From positions 27,502 through 91,501 of the forward strand of contig JBDKID010000003.1 of the NCBI GenBank assembly GCA_039797295.1: a DNA stretch of 64,000 bases. The letters are read 5' to 3'. The translations under genes were made by a program, and so were the position numbers. This stretch comes from Pseudomonadota bacterium (lineage in GTDB: Bacteria; Pseudomonadota; Gammaproteobacteria; Thiotrichales; Thiotrichaceae). A model generated the notes under the pieces. The model was not told the DNA's origin, did not search any database, and worked only from the letters and a program-made list of their open reading frames with translations. Below are positions 44,067-54,048 of the stretch, piece after piece (position 1 is the stretch's first letter; the number at the start of each line of letters is the position of its first letter).

Positions 44067-45917
44067 GTGGGTAACTTTTTCGATTTTTCTTCACATAGCT
44101 CATTACCGTTATATTACTTCTTAGCGGGTATTTTGCTGTTGATGTTGTTCGGTAGTGTGTTTGCACGACGGACACGTTACACAGCACGCGGTCAAGTGCA
44201 CCTCGCGCAGCAGAATATGTTAGTGTCAGCCTTAGCTGATGTACAAGAATTGGCAATGTTGGTTGATGATAAAGGAATTGTTAGTTTTATTAACCCTGCG
44301 TCCGAGCGTTTGCTAAAAACCAAAATGCGCACGGCTCGCGGTAAGCATTTTTCTCAGCTTTTTAGCTTATTAGATTCACAAACTCGTATTCCACTCACTT
44401 GGTTTGAAAGAGTCAAAGCCAACACCAATGAACGTTTAGATATTCCTCAAGCCTTATTAAGTGCGGGTGGATTAAGTGATTTGCGTGTCAGTTGTTCGGT
44501 GCAAATGTTGCAATACGAAGACCATGATGCGATTTATTTCATGTTATTAATGCGTAATCAGACCGAATTACAAGAATTACAAGTGCGCATGGAATACATT
44601 GGTTTACACGATTCCCACACCAGTTTATTAAACCGTAAAGGTTTTGAAATTCGCCTGAAAATTGCAATTGATCAAGTGCGGCAACACGGTGTTAAACACT
44701 CATTTTGTTTAATTTCAATGGATCAGTTCAAACTGATTAATGACAGCATGGGGCATTCGGGTGGCGATGAGTTAATTAAACGTGTTGCACAGTTACTAAA
44801 AGAATCGATTGATGCCAAACGCGATACTTTAGCGCGTTTAGGCGGGGATGAATTTGGCATTTTGTTACAAGAAGTTGAACCTGCCGTTGCCATTCAAGTT
44901 GTAGAACGCATTTATAAACAGCTTTCGCAATACAACTTTGATTGGAATGACATGCATCAACAAATCACTGCTAGTATTGCCTTTGTTCCACTTTATAAAG
45001 CTTTAGTGACGGCTAATAATCGTAATGCATCGGTGAATCGTATTTTATCGGTAGCGGATAATGCTTGTCGGGTAGCGAAATCCAAAGGTGGCAACCGTGT
45101 GCATATTTACCGTCCGAATGACCAAGAAATCAATAAACAACGCGGTAACATGGTGTGGTTGGGTAGGTTAAAGAAAGCCTTTGAAGCTGGTAATTTCCGT
45201 CTCGTTGCACAACCCATTCATTCCCTCGATCCTAAAGAATTCAAAAAACCTTTTCATCATTATGAAGTATTAATTCGTTTGTATGATGAAAAAGAAAATC
45301 CCATTCCGCCCGATGAATTCATTCCTGCCGCTGAATATTATTCGATGATGCCGCGTTTGGATCGCTGGGTTGTACGTAAGTTATTACAATCCTTGCGCGA
45401 TATTACCCAGCGTGTGCCATGTCCTATTTTCGCAGTGAATTTATCAGGACAAAGTTTGGATGAGCCTGACTTTTTGCAGTTTGTATTGGAAGAAATTCGG
45501 ATTGCAGGCGTTAGTCCCGGTATGGTGTGTTTTGAAATTACCGAGCGGGTTGCCATTCATAATATTGAATTAGCGCAGAAGTTCATTGAAACATTGAAAA
45601 GCTTAGGTTGCAGTTTTTCATTGGATGATTTTGGTACAGGTGTGAGTTCTTTTGCGTATTTAAAATCATTACCTGTCGATTATTTAAAAATTGATGGTTC
45701 TTTTATTAAAGACATTGCGAATGATGAAGTGGCAGAAGCAATGGTGCGTTCGGTTAATCAAGTCGGGCATTTGATGGGCGTTAAAGTGATTGCCGAATAC
45801 GTTGAGAACGATCAGGTGATGCAAATTATTCGTGAGATTGGTGTAGACTACGGGCAAGGCTACGGCATTTCTAAACCCATCCCGCTGGAAGATGTTATCA
45901 AACGTCACGTCTTATAG
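44067..45917 (+). CDS. PAS-GGDEF-EAL c-di-GMP signalling protein
   Basis: N-terminal TM, PAS (INPASERLL), RLGGDEF, YEVLIRL, LDDFGTG, KIDGSF, AEYVE. Confidence 0.93.
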   Translation: MGNFFDFSSHSSLPLYYFLAGILLLMLFGSVFARRTRYTARGQVHLAQQNMLVSALADVQELAMLVDDKGIVSFINPASERLLKTKMRTARGKHFSQLFSLLDSQTRIPLTWFERVKANTNERLDIPQALLSAGGLSDLRVSCSVQMLQYEDHDAIYFMLLMRNQTELQELQVRMEYIGLHDSHTSLLNRKGFEIRLKIAIDQVRQHGVKHSFCLISMDQFKLINDSMGHSGGDELIKRVAQLLKESIDAKRDTLARLGGDEFGILLQEVEPAVAIQVVERIYKQLSQYNFDWNDMHQQITASIAFVPLYKALVTANNRNASVNRILSVADNACRVAKSKGGNRVHIYRPNDQEINKQRGNMVWLGRLKKAFEAGNFRLVAQPIHSLDPKEFKKPFHHYEVLIRLYDEKENPIPPDEFIPAAEYYSMMPRLDRWVVRKLLQSLRDITQRVPCPIFAVNLSGQSLDEPDFLQFVLEEIRIAGVSPGMVCFEITERVAIHNIELAQKFIETLKSLGCSFSLDDFGTGVSSFAYLKSLPVDYLKIDGSFIKDIANDEVAEAMVRSVNQVGHLMGVKVIAEYVENDQVMQIIREIGVDYGQGYGISKPIPLEDVIKRHVL

Positions 45918-45949
45918 CGTTCTATTGGACAAAGGTTAAATTCACACGC

Positions 45950-47302
45950 ATGAAAATTCATATTTTGGGTATTTGCGGTACTTTTATGGGCGGTATCGCA
46001 TTACTAGCACGCGCAAAAGGGCATCAAGTTACGGGTTCTGACACCAATGTTTACCCACCGATGAGCACCATGCTCGCAGAACAAGGTGTGGACATTACAC
46101 AAGGTTACGCGCCGCAAGATTTACCCACTGACACCGATGCGTTCGTGGTGGGGAATGTGATGAAACGCGGTTTGGATGTGGTCGAACACGTGTTGGATCG
46201 TAATTTGCCGTACATTTCAGGGCCACAATGGTTGTATGAAAATATTCTGCGCGATTGCTGGGTATTGGCGGTGGCGGGGACGCACGGTAAAACCACGACA
46301 TCCAGCATGTTGGCGTGGATTTTGGAATACGCAGGTTTAAAACCGGGCTTTTTGATTGGCGGCGTGCCGGAAAACTTTGGCGTGTCGGCGCGTTTGGGCG
46401 AATCGCCATTTTTCGTGGTAGAAGCCGACGAATACGACACCGCGTTTTTCGACAAGCGTTCTAAATTTGTGCATTACCACCCGCGCACCGTGATTTTGAA
46501 CAACCTCGAATACGATCACGCGGATATTTTCCCCGATGTGCAAGCGATTAAAACCCAGTTCCATCACCTAATGCGTACTGTGCCGCGTGCGGGTTTAGCG
46601 GTGGTGAATGGTACAGATGCTCATTTACGCGATACCTTAAACATGGGCTGTTGGACGCCGGTGGAAACCTTCGCGCAAGGCGATTGGCAGGCGGAATACT
46701 TACAAGCCGATGGCAGTGCGTTTCGCGTGCTGTTCAAGGGCGAAGCACAAGGCGTGGTCGAATGGGATTTGCTTGGTGAACACAACGTCAATAATGCTTT
46801 AGCCGCGCTTGCCGCCGCGCGTCATGTTGGTGTACCCGTGGCACACGCGATGGCGGGTTTGGCGGAGTTCAAGGGCGTAAAGCGCCGGATGCAAGTGCGC
46901 GGTACGGTGCGTGATGTTACGGTTTACGACGATTTTGCGCATCATCCCACTGCAATTACCACCACGTTAGCCGGATTACGCGCCAAAGTCGGTAACGCAC
47001 GGATTATTGCCTTGCTTGAACCGCGTTCCAACACCATGCGCATGGGTACGCACAAAGCCTTGCTGGCTGAATCGTTACAAGCCGCCGATACGGTGTTCTT
47101 GTACCAACCACCGAATTTAGGTTGGGATTTGAGCGATGTCATTGCTCAAGTTGGGGCGAAGGGGCAATTAGTGCAAGATATTGAGCAACTCGCTGCCTTA
47201 GTCGCACAGCAAGCGCAAGCGGGAGACCATGTATTAGTTATGAGTAATGGTGGTTTCGGTGGCATTCATGACAAGCTGTTAGCTGCGTTAGCGAAACAGT
47301 AA
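45950..47302 (+). CDS. mpl: Murein peptide ligase Mpl
   Basis: [43 protein letters not shown]. Confidence 0.97.
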   Translation: MKIHILGICGTFMGGIALLARAKGHQVTGSDTNVYPPMSTMLAEQGVDITQGYAPQDLPTDTDAFVVGNVMKRGLDVVEHVLDRNLPYISGPQWLYENILRDCWVLAVAGTHGKTTTSSMLAWILEYAGLKPGFLIGGVPENFGVSARLGESPFFVVEADEYDTAFFDKRSKFVHYHPRTVILNNLEYDHADIFPDVQAIKTQFHHLMRTVPRAGLAVVNGTDAHLRDTLNMGCWTPVETFAQGDWQAEYLQADGSAFRVLFKGEAQGVVEWDLLGEHNVNNALAALAAARHVGVPVAHAMAGLAEFKGVKRRMQVRGTVRDVTVYDDFAHHPTAITTTLAGLRAKVGNARIIALLEPRSNTMRMGTHKALLAESLQAADTVFLYQPPNLGWDLSDVIAQVGAKGQLVQDIEQLAALVAQQAQAGDHVLVMSNGGFGGIHDKLLAALAKQ

Positions 47303-47314
47303 AAGGATGAATGC

Positions 47315-47935
47315 GTGAAAACCATTACGCTGATTATGACGGGCGCGTCCGGTGCGCAATACGGTTTGCGTTTGCTGGAATGCTTGCTGCAAAGCGGGTG
47401 TCGGGTGTATCTGCTGCTGTCACGTCCCGCGCAAGTGGTGGTGAACATGGAAACCGAGCATCGTTTACCGGGGCGTGCCAGCGAAATTCAAACGTATTTC
47501 AGCGAGCTTTACGGCGCGAAAGCAGGGCAGTTACAAGTCTTCGAGCGCGAACAATGGATAGCACCGATTGCCAGCGGCAGTGGTGTGGCGGATGCGACGG
47601 TGGTTTGCCCCTGCACGACGGGAACACTTTCCGCAATTGCTTGTGGCAGCAGTCGTAATTTGATCGAACGTGCCGCTGATGTGGCGTTGAAAGAGCGCAA
47701 AAAGCTGATATTGGTGGTACGTGAAACGCCTTTTTCTGAGATACATCTGGAAAATATGCTGAAACTGGCACGCATGGGCGTTATGATCATGCCCGCCAAT
47801 CCGGGGTTCTACCAACGTCCACAAACTGTGCAGGAACTCGTGGACTTTATGGTGGCGCGAGTCTTGGATCACCTCGATATTCCGCAAACACTCATGCCAC
47901 GCTGGGGTAGCCCCCCTTTATCAGATGAAGCATAG
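47315..47935 (+). CDS. ubiX: Flavin prenyltransferase UbiX
   Basis: TGASGAQYG, IASGS, ERAADVALKE, RETP, PANPGFY. Confidence 0.95.
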   Translation: MKTITLIMTGASGAQYGLRLLECLLQSGCRVYLLLSRPAQVVVNMETEHRLPGRASEIQTYFSELYGAKAGQLQVFEREQWIAPIASGSGVADATVVCPCTTGTLSAIACGSSRNLIERAADVALKERKKLILVVRETPFSEIHLENMLKLARMGVMIMPANPGFYQRPQTVQELVDFMVARVLDHLDIPQTLMPRWGSPPLSDEA

Positions 47936-48004
47936 ACAAATAACGGGCAACCTCTCGTTATCGTTGTCCACTTGATTTACAACCGAGAACTACAGGAGTT
48001 TGCC

Positions 48005-48376
48005 GTGGCAACTGAAGACATTACAGCACAAAATTTTGAAGAAACCATTACCACCAATGACATCGTGATTGTGGATTTCTGGGCACCTTGGTGTGGCCCT
48101 TGCCGTTCTTTCGCGCCGATTTATGACAAAGTATCCGACAATCACCCTGACATCGTGTTTGCGAAAGTGAATACCGAAGAAGAGCAAGATTTGGCAGGGC
48201 ACTTCCAAATTCGCTCAATTCCAACGTTGATGGTGTTCCGTGAACAGGTCGTGTTATTTGCGCAACCGGGTATGCTCAGCGAAGGTCAACTGGAACAAGT
48301 CATTGAGCAAGTGCGTAGCATTGACATGGCAAAAGTCCACGCTGACATTGCTGAGCAAGAACAACAGCAGCCATAA
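48005..48376 (+). CDS. Thioredoxin
   Basis: DFWAPWCGPC, IRSIPTL; GTG start 48005 after AGGAG. Confidence 0.95.
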   Translation: MATEDITAQNFEETITTNDIVIVDFWAPWCGPCRSFAPIYDKVSDNHPDIVFAKVNTEEEQDLAGHFQIRSIPTLMVFREQVVLFAQPGMLSEGQLEQVIEQVRSIDMAKVHADIAEQEQQQP

Positions 48377-48431
48377 GCCGCGCCTTTAAGGTGCGTTAAA
48401 TAAAGCCAGTCCTTGTTGACTGGCTTAGTTT

Positions 48432-49055
48432 TCAGATCAGCCATAGGGCAAAGCAACTCAGTAGCCCAATCAACACAATGCTGTACAGTTCTGTGCTTTG
48501 ACCTTTGCCCATCAAGCGTAAGGGTTGATCGCTAGCATCGTGCCTTGTCCCTGTGCCCGCATTGGGTAATTTAACCCCATCCAAATCATCCAGTAGTAAA
48601 TGCAGCAAGTAACCCACGCCCGATGCCATAAAGGCTGGCACAATGGCACTGGCATCTGCGGTTAAATACGCCACCCATGCCACGCCAAGCGATAAGCAAA
48701 CTGCCGCTAAGACAGAATGTGTTTGCCCACCACGTTGCATGATTTGTCGAAAAACAGCCCAGAATTGTGTCACTAAAAACCACGCTAAGAAAATCGCCAA
48801 AATCAAATCCGTTGGACGGTAAAAGAATTGAATAGACGGCACAATTAATGCTGCAAGGTGTGTTAAGCGGCGAATAACGCGGTAACTATTGGATTGTTCG
48901 TCGTCAATTTCCGGTAGCAAAGCCCCCACATAACCGCTTAAGGTTGTTACAGCGATTGCTGTCATGGAAATGCTCGGCACGAACGCGGAAACCATCGCTC
49001 CAGCTCCAATACCCGTTGCCAACGCTGCCAGATGATACGTTTTGTAATCTGCCAT
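48432..49055 (-). CDS. Membrane-bound metal-dependent hydrolase (YdjM/DUF457-like)
   Basis: GALLPEID, THS, GYLLHLLLD within hydrophobic helices; motifs partly divergent. Confidence 0.75.
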   Translation of the reverse strand: MADYKTYHLAALATGIGAGAMVSAFVPSISMTAIAVTTLSGYVGALLPEIDDEQSNSYRVIRRLTHLAALIVPSIQFFYRPTDLILAIFLAWFLVTQFWAVFRQIMQRGGQTHSVLAAVCLSLGVAWVAYLTADASAIVPAFMASGVGYLLHLLLDDLDGVKLPNAGTGTRHDASDQPLRLMGKGQSTELYSIVLIGLLSCFALWLI

Positions 49056-49080
49056 AAGCCCAAGTCCCCATTGTCTTTTT

Positions 49081-49099
49081 TTGTTACGTATTGTTACGT
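49081..49099 (-). promoter_or_regulatory. Direct-repeat box with 10-bp period upstream of the hydrolase gene
   Basis: TTGTTACGT at 49081 and 49091 (GTAAC-N5-GTAAC on minus strand). Confidence 0.5.
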
Positions 49100-49251
49100 T
49101 TTAGCTTTTTATTTAGTAAAGGAATCGGCCGAATAAGTTCCGGCCTATTCCACCCCTGTTTTAAATTTACTCATTCCACTGGGGAGTGAAATGGTGTTCT
49201 TTTCCTAGCAGTTTTTTTGAAATGCTTGCCAGTCTGTTGCTGACTAACGCT

Positions 49252-49280
49252 AAAAAAAAGAGGGAACGGGCATCCCTCTT
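49252..49280 (-). terminator. Intrinsic terminator on minus strand
   Basis: AAGAGGGA-TGCCCGT-TCCCTCTT then T tract when read on minus. Confidence 0.8.
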
Positions 49281-49331
49281 ATCGGGCTTTTGCGTCTATT
49301 CATTATCAACAGTTATTTTTATGATGGCAGT
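49252..49331 (-). ncRNA. Candidate ~80-nt small RNA or terminated leader
   Basis: Minus-strand TTGAAC (49365-49360), 17 bp, TAGAAT (49342-49337); intrinsic terminator 49280-49252; no convincing ORF. Confidence 0.45.
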
Positions 49332-49408
49332 AATGGATTCTATAGGACTATCAAGCTCTGTTCAATAACTAATCATGAAGCAAACTACTGCTAAGGTTTT
49401 TGAATTAC

Positions 49409-49417
49409 TGCTACAAT
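49409..49417 (+). promoter_or_regulatory. Extended -10 for aroC (leaderless geometry)
   Basis: TGC-TACAAT ends 7 nt before ATG 49425; no SD. Confidence 0.6.
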
Positions 49418-49424
49418 CCGCGCT

Positions 49425-50522
49425 ATGTCAGGAAATAGCTTTGGAAAACTTTTTACCGTGACCTCCTTCGGTGAGAGTCATGGACCCGCAATCGGCTGCA
49501 TCGTGGATGGCTGCCCGCCCGGACTCGCCCTCACGGAAGCTGATCTTCAAATTGACCTTGATCGGCGCAAGCCGGGGCAAAGCCGCCACACTACGCAGCG
49601 GCGCGAACCCGATGAAGTGCAGATTCTTTCCGGTGTCTTCGAGGGTAAAACCACGGGTACGCCGATTGCGTTGATCATTCACAACACAGATCAACGCTCG
49701 AAAGATTACGGCGACATTTTGGATCGTTTCCGCCCCGGACATGCGGATTACACCTACTACAAAAAGTACGGTTTCCGCGATTACCGTGGCGGCGGGCGTT
49801 CGTCAGCACGGGAAACCGCGATGCGCGTGGCGGCTGGGGCGATTGCCAAAAAGTGGTTGCACGAACGTTACGGCGTGGTGATTCGTGGTTATCTGTCGCA
49901 ATTAGGGCCAATCGTGGCGGAAAATTTGGATTGGGATGAAATTCCGAACAATCCATTCTTCTGCCCCGATGCCGCGAAAGTCGCAGAAATGGAAGCCTAC
50001 ATGGACGCACTGCGCAAAGAAGGCAATTCCGTCGGTGCGAAAATCACCACCGTTGCCAGCCACGTTCCCGTGGGTTGGGGTGAACCGATTTTTGACCGTT
50101 TGGATGCCGACATTGCCCACGCGATGATGTCGATTAATGCCGCTAAAGGGGTCGAAATCGGTGCGGGTTTCGCTTGTGTCGCCCAAAAAGGCACAGAACA
50201 CCGTGACGAAATCACCATGCAGGGCTTCTTAAGCAATCACGCTGGCGGCATTCTTGGTGGCATTTCATCGGGGCAAGAAATCGTGGTGCATACCGCCTTC
50301 AAACCCACGTCGAGTATGCGCATTCCGGGGCAAAGCGTGAATTTGTCCGGCGAAGCGGTAGAAGTGATTACCAAAGGTCGTCATGACCCGTGCGTTGGGA
50401 TTCGCGCCACACCGATTTGCGAGGCAATGTTAGCCATTACGCTGATGGATCACGCCTTACGTCACCGTGCACAAAACGCCGATGTCGTTACCACTTTGCC
50501 CGATATTCCCGCCTCTGTTTAA
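49425..50522 (+). CDS. aroC: Chorismate synthase
   Basis: [28 protein letters not shown]. Confidence 0.98.
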   Translation: MSGNSFGKLFTVTSFGESHGPAIGCIVDGCPPGLALTEADLQIDLDRRKPGQSRHTTQRREPDEVQILSGVFEGKTTGTPIALIIHNTDQRSKDYGDILDRFRPGHADYTYYKKYGFRDYRGGGRSSARETAMRVAAGAIAKKWLHERYGVVIRGYLSQLGPIVAENLDWDEIPNNPFFCPDAAKVAEMEAYMDALRKEGNSVGAKITTVASHVPVGWGEPIFDRLDADIAHAMMSINAAKGVEIGAGFACVAQKGTEHRDEITMQGFLSNHAGGILGGISSGQEIVVHTAFKPTSSMRIPGQSVNLSGEAVEVITKGRHDPCVGIRATPICEAMLAITLMDHALRHRAQNADVVTTLPDIPASV

Positions 50523-50524
50523 TC

Positions 50525-50610
50525 AACCCTTCTAATCTCCCTTTATCAGAGAACAGGAAATCACGGTACTTTTAAGCCCCTCCCCTGACAAGGGGAGGCT
50601 GGGTGGGGTT
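50525..50610. repeat. REP/MITE-like palindromic intergenic element
   Basis: Hairpin CCTCCCCT-GACA-AGGGGAGG (50579-50598); left arm AACCCTTCTAATCTCCCTTTATCAG is a degenerate reverse complement of the right arm. Confidence 0.55.
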
Positions 50611-50671
50611 TCTTGGTAGCAACGGAAATTCCCCCGCGCTGTGGTAGTATGCGGGGCTTTCCATTACCGCG

Positions 50672-51874
50672 TTGTCGTTTCACGTCATGACATCATTAGC
50701 TTCAACACCTGCACCCACCAAGCCGCCATATGTGCGGCTTTCGACGTTTTATTTTGTCTATTTTCTGGCATTGGGCGTATTTGTGCCGTATTGGACGCTG
50801 TACCTGCAACAAGTCGCGCATTTTTCCCCCGCGCAAATTGGCGAGTTAATGGCGGTGTTCATGGCCACCAAAATCATTGCGCCGTTTATTTGGGGTTGGT
50901 TGGCGGATCACACGGGGCAACGTTTGCGCATTATTCGGCTGGCGAGCGGGGCGGCTTTCGTGTGTTTTGCGGGGATGTATTGGCAGCAAACTTACGCGTG
51001 GGTGTTATTGGTAATGGCGGGGTTTGGGTTTTTTTGGAATGCATCCTTGCCGCAGTTTGAAGCATTGACGCTGGCGCATTTGGGGACAGAAGTACGGCGT
51101 TATAGCGGGATTCGTTTGTGGGGTTCGATTGGCTTCATTGTGATGGTGCTGTATTTGCCAACGTGGTTGGAACAGCATCGGATTGCGCAAATGTTGGATG
51201 TAATGCTGGTGTGTTTTGCGGGGATTTGGTTGAGCACTTGGTTGGTGCGCGATAAACCGTTGCAACTGACGCACGCCGACCCCGCGAAATTACGCGAAGT
51301 TTTGCGTCATCCGGGAATTGGTTTGTTGCTGGTGGCGTGTGCTTTGCAACAAGCGAGTCACGGGGCGTATTACACATTTTTCAGCATTTACTTGGAAGAT
51401 CACCACTATTCGCTGAGTTTCGTGCGTTGGATGTGGGCATTGGGCGTGATTGCCGAAGTGGTGTTATTCCTGTTCATGCACCGTTTGATTCCACGGTTTG
51501 GTGCAAGCCGTTTGTTCATTCTGGCGTTATTTTTAACCGGCGTGCGTTGGATTTTGTTGGCGAAAGGTGTGGATTACTTACCCGTGTTATTATTGGCGCA
51601 GCTATTACACGCGGCAACTTATGGCTTATTCCATGCGTCGGCGATTCATTTGATACACCATGTGTTTCCGGGGCGTTTGCAAGGGCGTGGGCAAGCGTTA
51701 TATTCCGGCGTAAGCTACGGGCTGGGTGGCGCGGCTGGCAGTTTGCTTAGCGGCTATAGCTGGGAATTATTCGGGGCAGAACAAACGTTTTACGCCGCAA
51801 CCATTGTGGTGAACATCGGTTTGTTTTTAAGCCTCAAAGCAATGCTCAACATGGGGAGGTCTTATGCCAATTGA
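50672..51874 (+). CDS. MFS transporter (HcaT/MFS_1-like)
   Basis: About 12 hydrophobic segments; WGWLAD, YSGIRLWGSIGF, QLLHAATYG, GQALYS. Confidence 0.88.
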   Translation: MSFHVMTSLASTPAPTKPPYVRLSTFYFVYFLALGVFVPYWTLYLQQVAHFSPAQIGELMAVFMATKIIAPFIWGWLADHTGQRLRIIRLASGAAFVCFAGMYWQQTYAWVLLVMAGFGFFWNASLPQFEALTLAHLGTEVRRYSGIRLWGSIGFIVMVLYLPTWLEQHRIAQMLDVMLVCFAGIWLSTWLVRDKPLQLTHADPAKLREVLRHPGIGLLLVACALQQASHGAYYTFFSIYLEDHHYSLSFVRWMWALGVIAEVVLFLFMHRLIPRFGASRLFILALFLTGVRWILLAKGVDYLPVLLLAQLLHAATYGLFHASAIHLIHHVFPGRLQGRGQALYSGVSYGLGGAAGSLLSGYSWELFGAEQTFYAATIVVNIGLFLSLKAMLNMGRSYAN

Positions 51875-52646
51875 TGCACTGGACGCGGCAAGCGTACAGG
51901 CGGAACTGTTACCGAATGTGCGCCAAGCACTGGCGGCAATTCACGTTTTCCCTGAATTAGCGTCGACTAATGCTTGGGTATTGCAACACGCCCAATGCGC
52001 CGAAGTGTGTTTAGCAGAACAACAATCGGCAGGACGCGGACGGCGCGGACGGCAATGGCAATCCCCCGCTGGTGTGAATGTTTACCTGTCATTACGCTGG
52101 TGTTTTCCCAGTGTGCCGCAACAATTACCATTATTGAGTTTGGTCACGGGCATTGCCGTGGCGGAAGCATTAGCCATGTGCGGTGTGCAAGGGCATGGTT
52201 TAAAATGGCCGAATGACATTTACCACCACCATCACAAACTCGGTGGCATTTTGTTAGAGGCGGTCGGTTCATTACAGCAAGTGGTGATCGGCATTGGTTT
52301 GAATGTGAACATGCTGCCCGATCACACCACTGCTAACATTGATCAGCCGTGGACGAGTTTGCGGGCGATTCAAGGTAAACCCGTGGCACGCAATACTTTG
52401 GTGGCGGCATTACTCAATCGTTTGGTGGAACATTTGCAAGCGTTCCCGCAATTGGAGAGTTCGACCCTGCAACAAACTTGGCAAGATTGGGATGTGTTAG
52501 CCCAACGTGCGGTTAGGGTGATTGCGGGTCAAACGGTATGGGAAGGGCTTGCCGATGGAGTCGATAGTCAGGGACAATTACGACTGCAATTAAGCAATGG
52601 ATTATTAAAAGTATTTTCTTCAGCGGACGTATCGGTGCGGATGTGA
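51864..52646 (+). CDS. birA: Biotin-[acetyl-CoA carboxylase] ligase without N-terminal HTH
   Basis: AEQQSAGRGRRGRQW, KWPND, KLGGIL, IGIGLN. Confidence 0.95.
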   Translation: MPIDALDAASVQAELLPNVRQALAAIHVFPELASTNAWVLQHAQCAEVCLAEQQSAGRGRRGRQWQSPAGVNVYLSLRWCFPSVPQQLPLLSLVTGIAVAEALAMCGVQGHGLKWPNDIYHHHHKLGGILLEAVGSLQQVVIGIGLNVNMLPDHTTANIDQPWTSLRAIQGKPVARNTLVAALLNRLVEHLQAFPQLESSTLQQTWQDWDVLAQRAVRVIAGQTVWEGLADGVDSQGQLRLQLSNGLLKVFSSADVSVRM

Positions 52647-53404
52647 CAATTTTGTTGGTAGATGCAGGCAATTCACGCCTGAAATGGTCGGAGCTTGATG
52701 CTGCGGGGAATACATCTGCCCAACAGGCGCGAGCCTATAGTGGTCAGCCGCCGTTAGCGAGTTTCCTTGCCTTATTGGATGATTACGCGGATTTGCGCCA
52801 CATTACCTTGGTGCATGTGTTAACGCCGTTCTTTGCCGAAAGTGTGGAACATTTGTGCCAAGAACGTGGCATTCGGTTATGCATTGCTCGCTCGGTGGAA
52901 CACGCTTACGGCATTACGTCGGGGTATCAGCAACCGCATACCTTGGGGGCAGATCGTTTTGTCGGGTTAGTCGCCGCGCGGCAATTAGCCCAACAAGCGG
53001 CGAGTATTGTGATTGATTGCGGGACAGCGGTGACGATTGATGCGATTGATGCTGCTGGGCGGCATTTGGGCGGAACGATTTTGCCGGGTTTGCAATTGTC
53101 CGCCGATGCTTTGATCGCGCGGGCGCAAGGTAAACTCAGCGTCTCGTTTGATCAGCCCAGTATCTTTGCCGATGGTACGAGTCGCGCCGTTAGTGGCGGT
53201 TGTTTGTTCGGCTTGATTGGTGCAATCGAAGGCATTTGTGCGCGTATCCAGCAAACGATGGCTGTGCCATTAGTGCGCATTATTACGGGTGGTGATGCCG
53301 AAAGGTTACGCCCGTTATTGCAAGGGGATTATGTGTTACAACCGGATTTGCTCATGCAAGGCTTGCGTTATATGACGGAACAGGAAGCATGTACCCACTG
53401 CTGA
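52643..53404 (+). CDS. coaX: Type III pantothenate kinase
   Basis: DAGNSRLKW, LGADR, IDCGTAVTID, GGTILPG, TGGDA. Confidence 0.95.
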   Translation: MTILLVDAGNSRLKWSELDAAGNTSAQQARAYSGQPPLASFLALLDDYADLRHITLVHVLTPFFAESVEHLCQERGIRLCIARSVEHAYGITSGYQQPHTLGADRFVGLVAARQLAQQAASIVIDCGTAVTIDAIDAAGRHLGGTILPGLQLSADALIARAQGKLSVSFDQPSIFADGTSRAVSGGCLFGLIGAIEGICARIQQTMAVPLVRIITGGDAERLRPLLQGDYVLQPDLLMQGLRYMTEQEACTHC

Positions 53405-54033
53405 TTACCCTTATGCTGTTGAATGTTTCGGTGTTAGCGTGGAATGTGGTGTTGTCACCAGATGCCGCTTATGCACGTCCGGCGTTGACTGAGCAGCACA
53501 TTCCGTCATTGGAATTGCGCCAAGATGTTTCGGAAGCGGCGTATCAGAGTACGAACGGCAATACGCAAAGCAGTTGTTACACCTTAGGGCCGTATAACAG
53601 CGAACGTGCTGCGCAATTGGTGGCGGGGAAAATTCGCGGCTTTGGTTTGGCGGTGGCGATTCGGTCAATGCAGAGCATGGAAACCCTGAACTTTTTGGTT
53701 TACATCCCACCGCAGGACAATTACGTCGCCGCCGAAAAAATCGCTAATGACATTGCCAAAGCCGATGTGCAAGATGTGGTGATTATCAATGATGGCCCTT
53801 ATCAAAATGCCATTTCTTTAGGCTTTTTCAATAACCTCAATAAAGCCAAGCGTCATGCGGAATACATTCGTTATTTAGGCTATGACGCGCAGTACACCGA
53901 ACAACAAGCCCCGCGCGAAGTGTTTTGGTTGGATTACGACGAACCATTTAGCAGCAATGCGCCCGTGCAAACGTGGAGTGCGGCGATTGATGCGACTTCT
54001 GAAGTGCAACGCATTCCGCGTGCCTGTGGTTAA
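53389..54033 (+). CDS. SPOR-domain protein
   Basis: N-terminal TM, CYTLGPY, NAISLGFFN; usual gene after coaX. Confidence 0.75.
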   Translation: MYPLLITLMLLNVSVLAWNVVLSPDAAYARPALTEQHIPSLELRQDVSEAAYQSTNGNTQSSCYTLGPYNSERAAQLVAGKIRGFGLAVAIRSMQSMETLNFLVYIPPQDNYVAAEKIANDIAKADVQDVVIINDGPYQNAISLGFFNNLNKAKRHAEYIRYLGYDAQYTEQQAPREVFWLDYDEPFSSNAPVQTWSAAIDATSEVQRIPRACG

Positions 54034-54048
54034 GCAAGGAAACCTTCA

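Noticed and set aside
49321-49380. Fluoride riboswitch upstream of aroC
   Set aside because: Only a superficial GATGG-like start; the pseudoknot pairing is absent.
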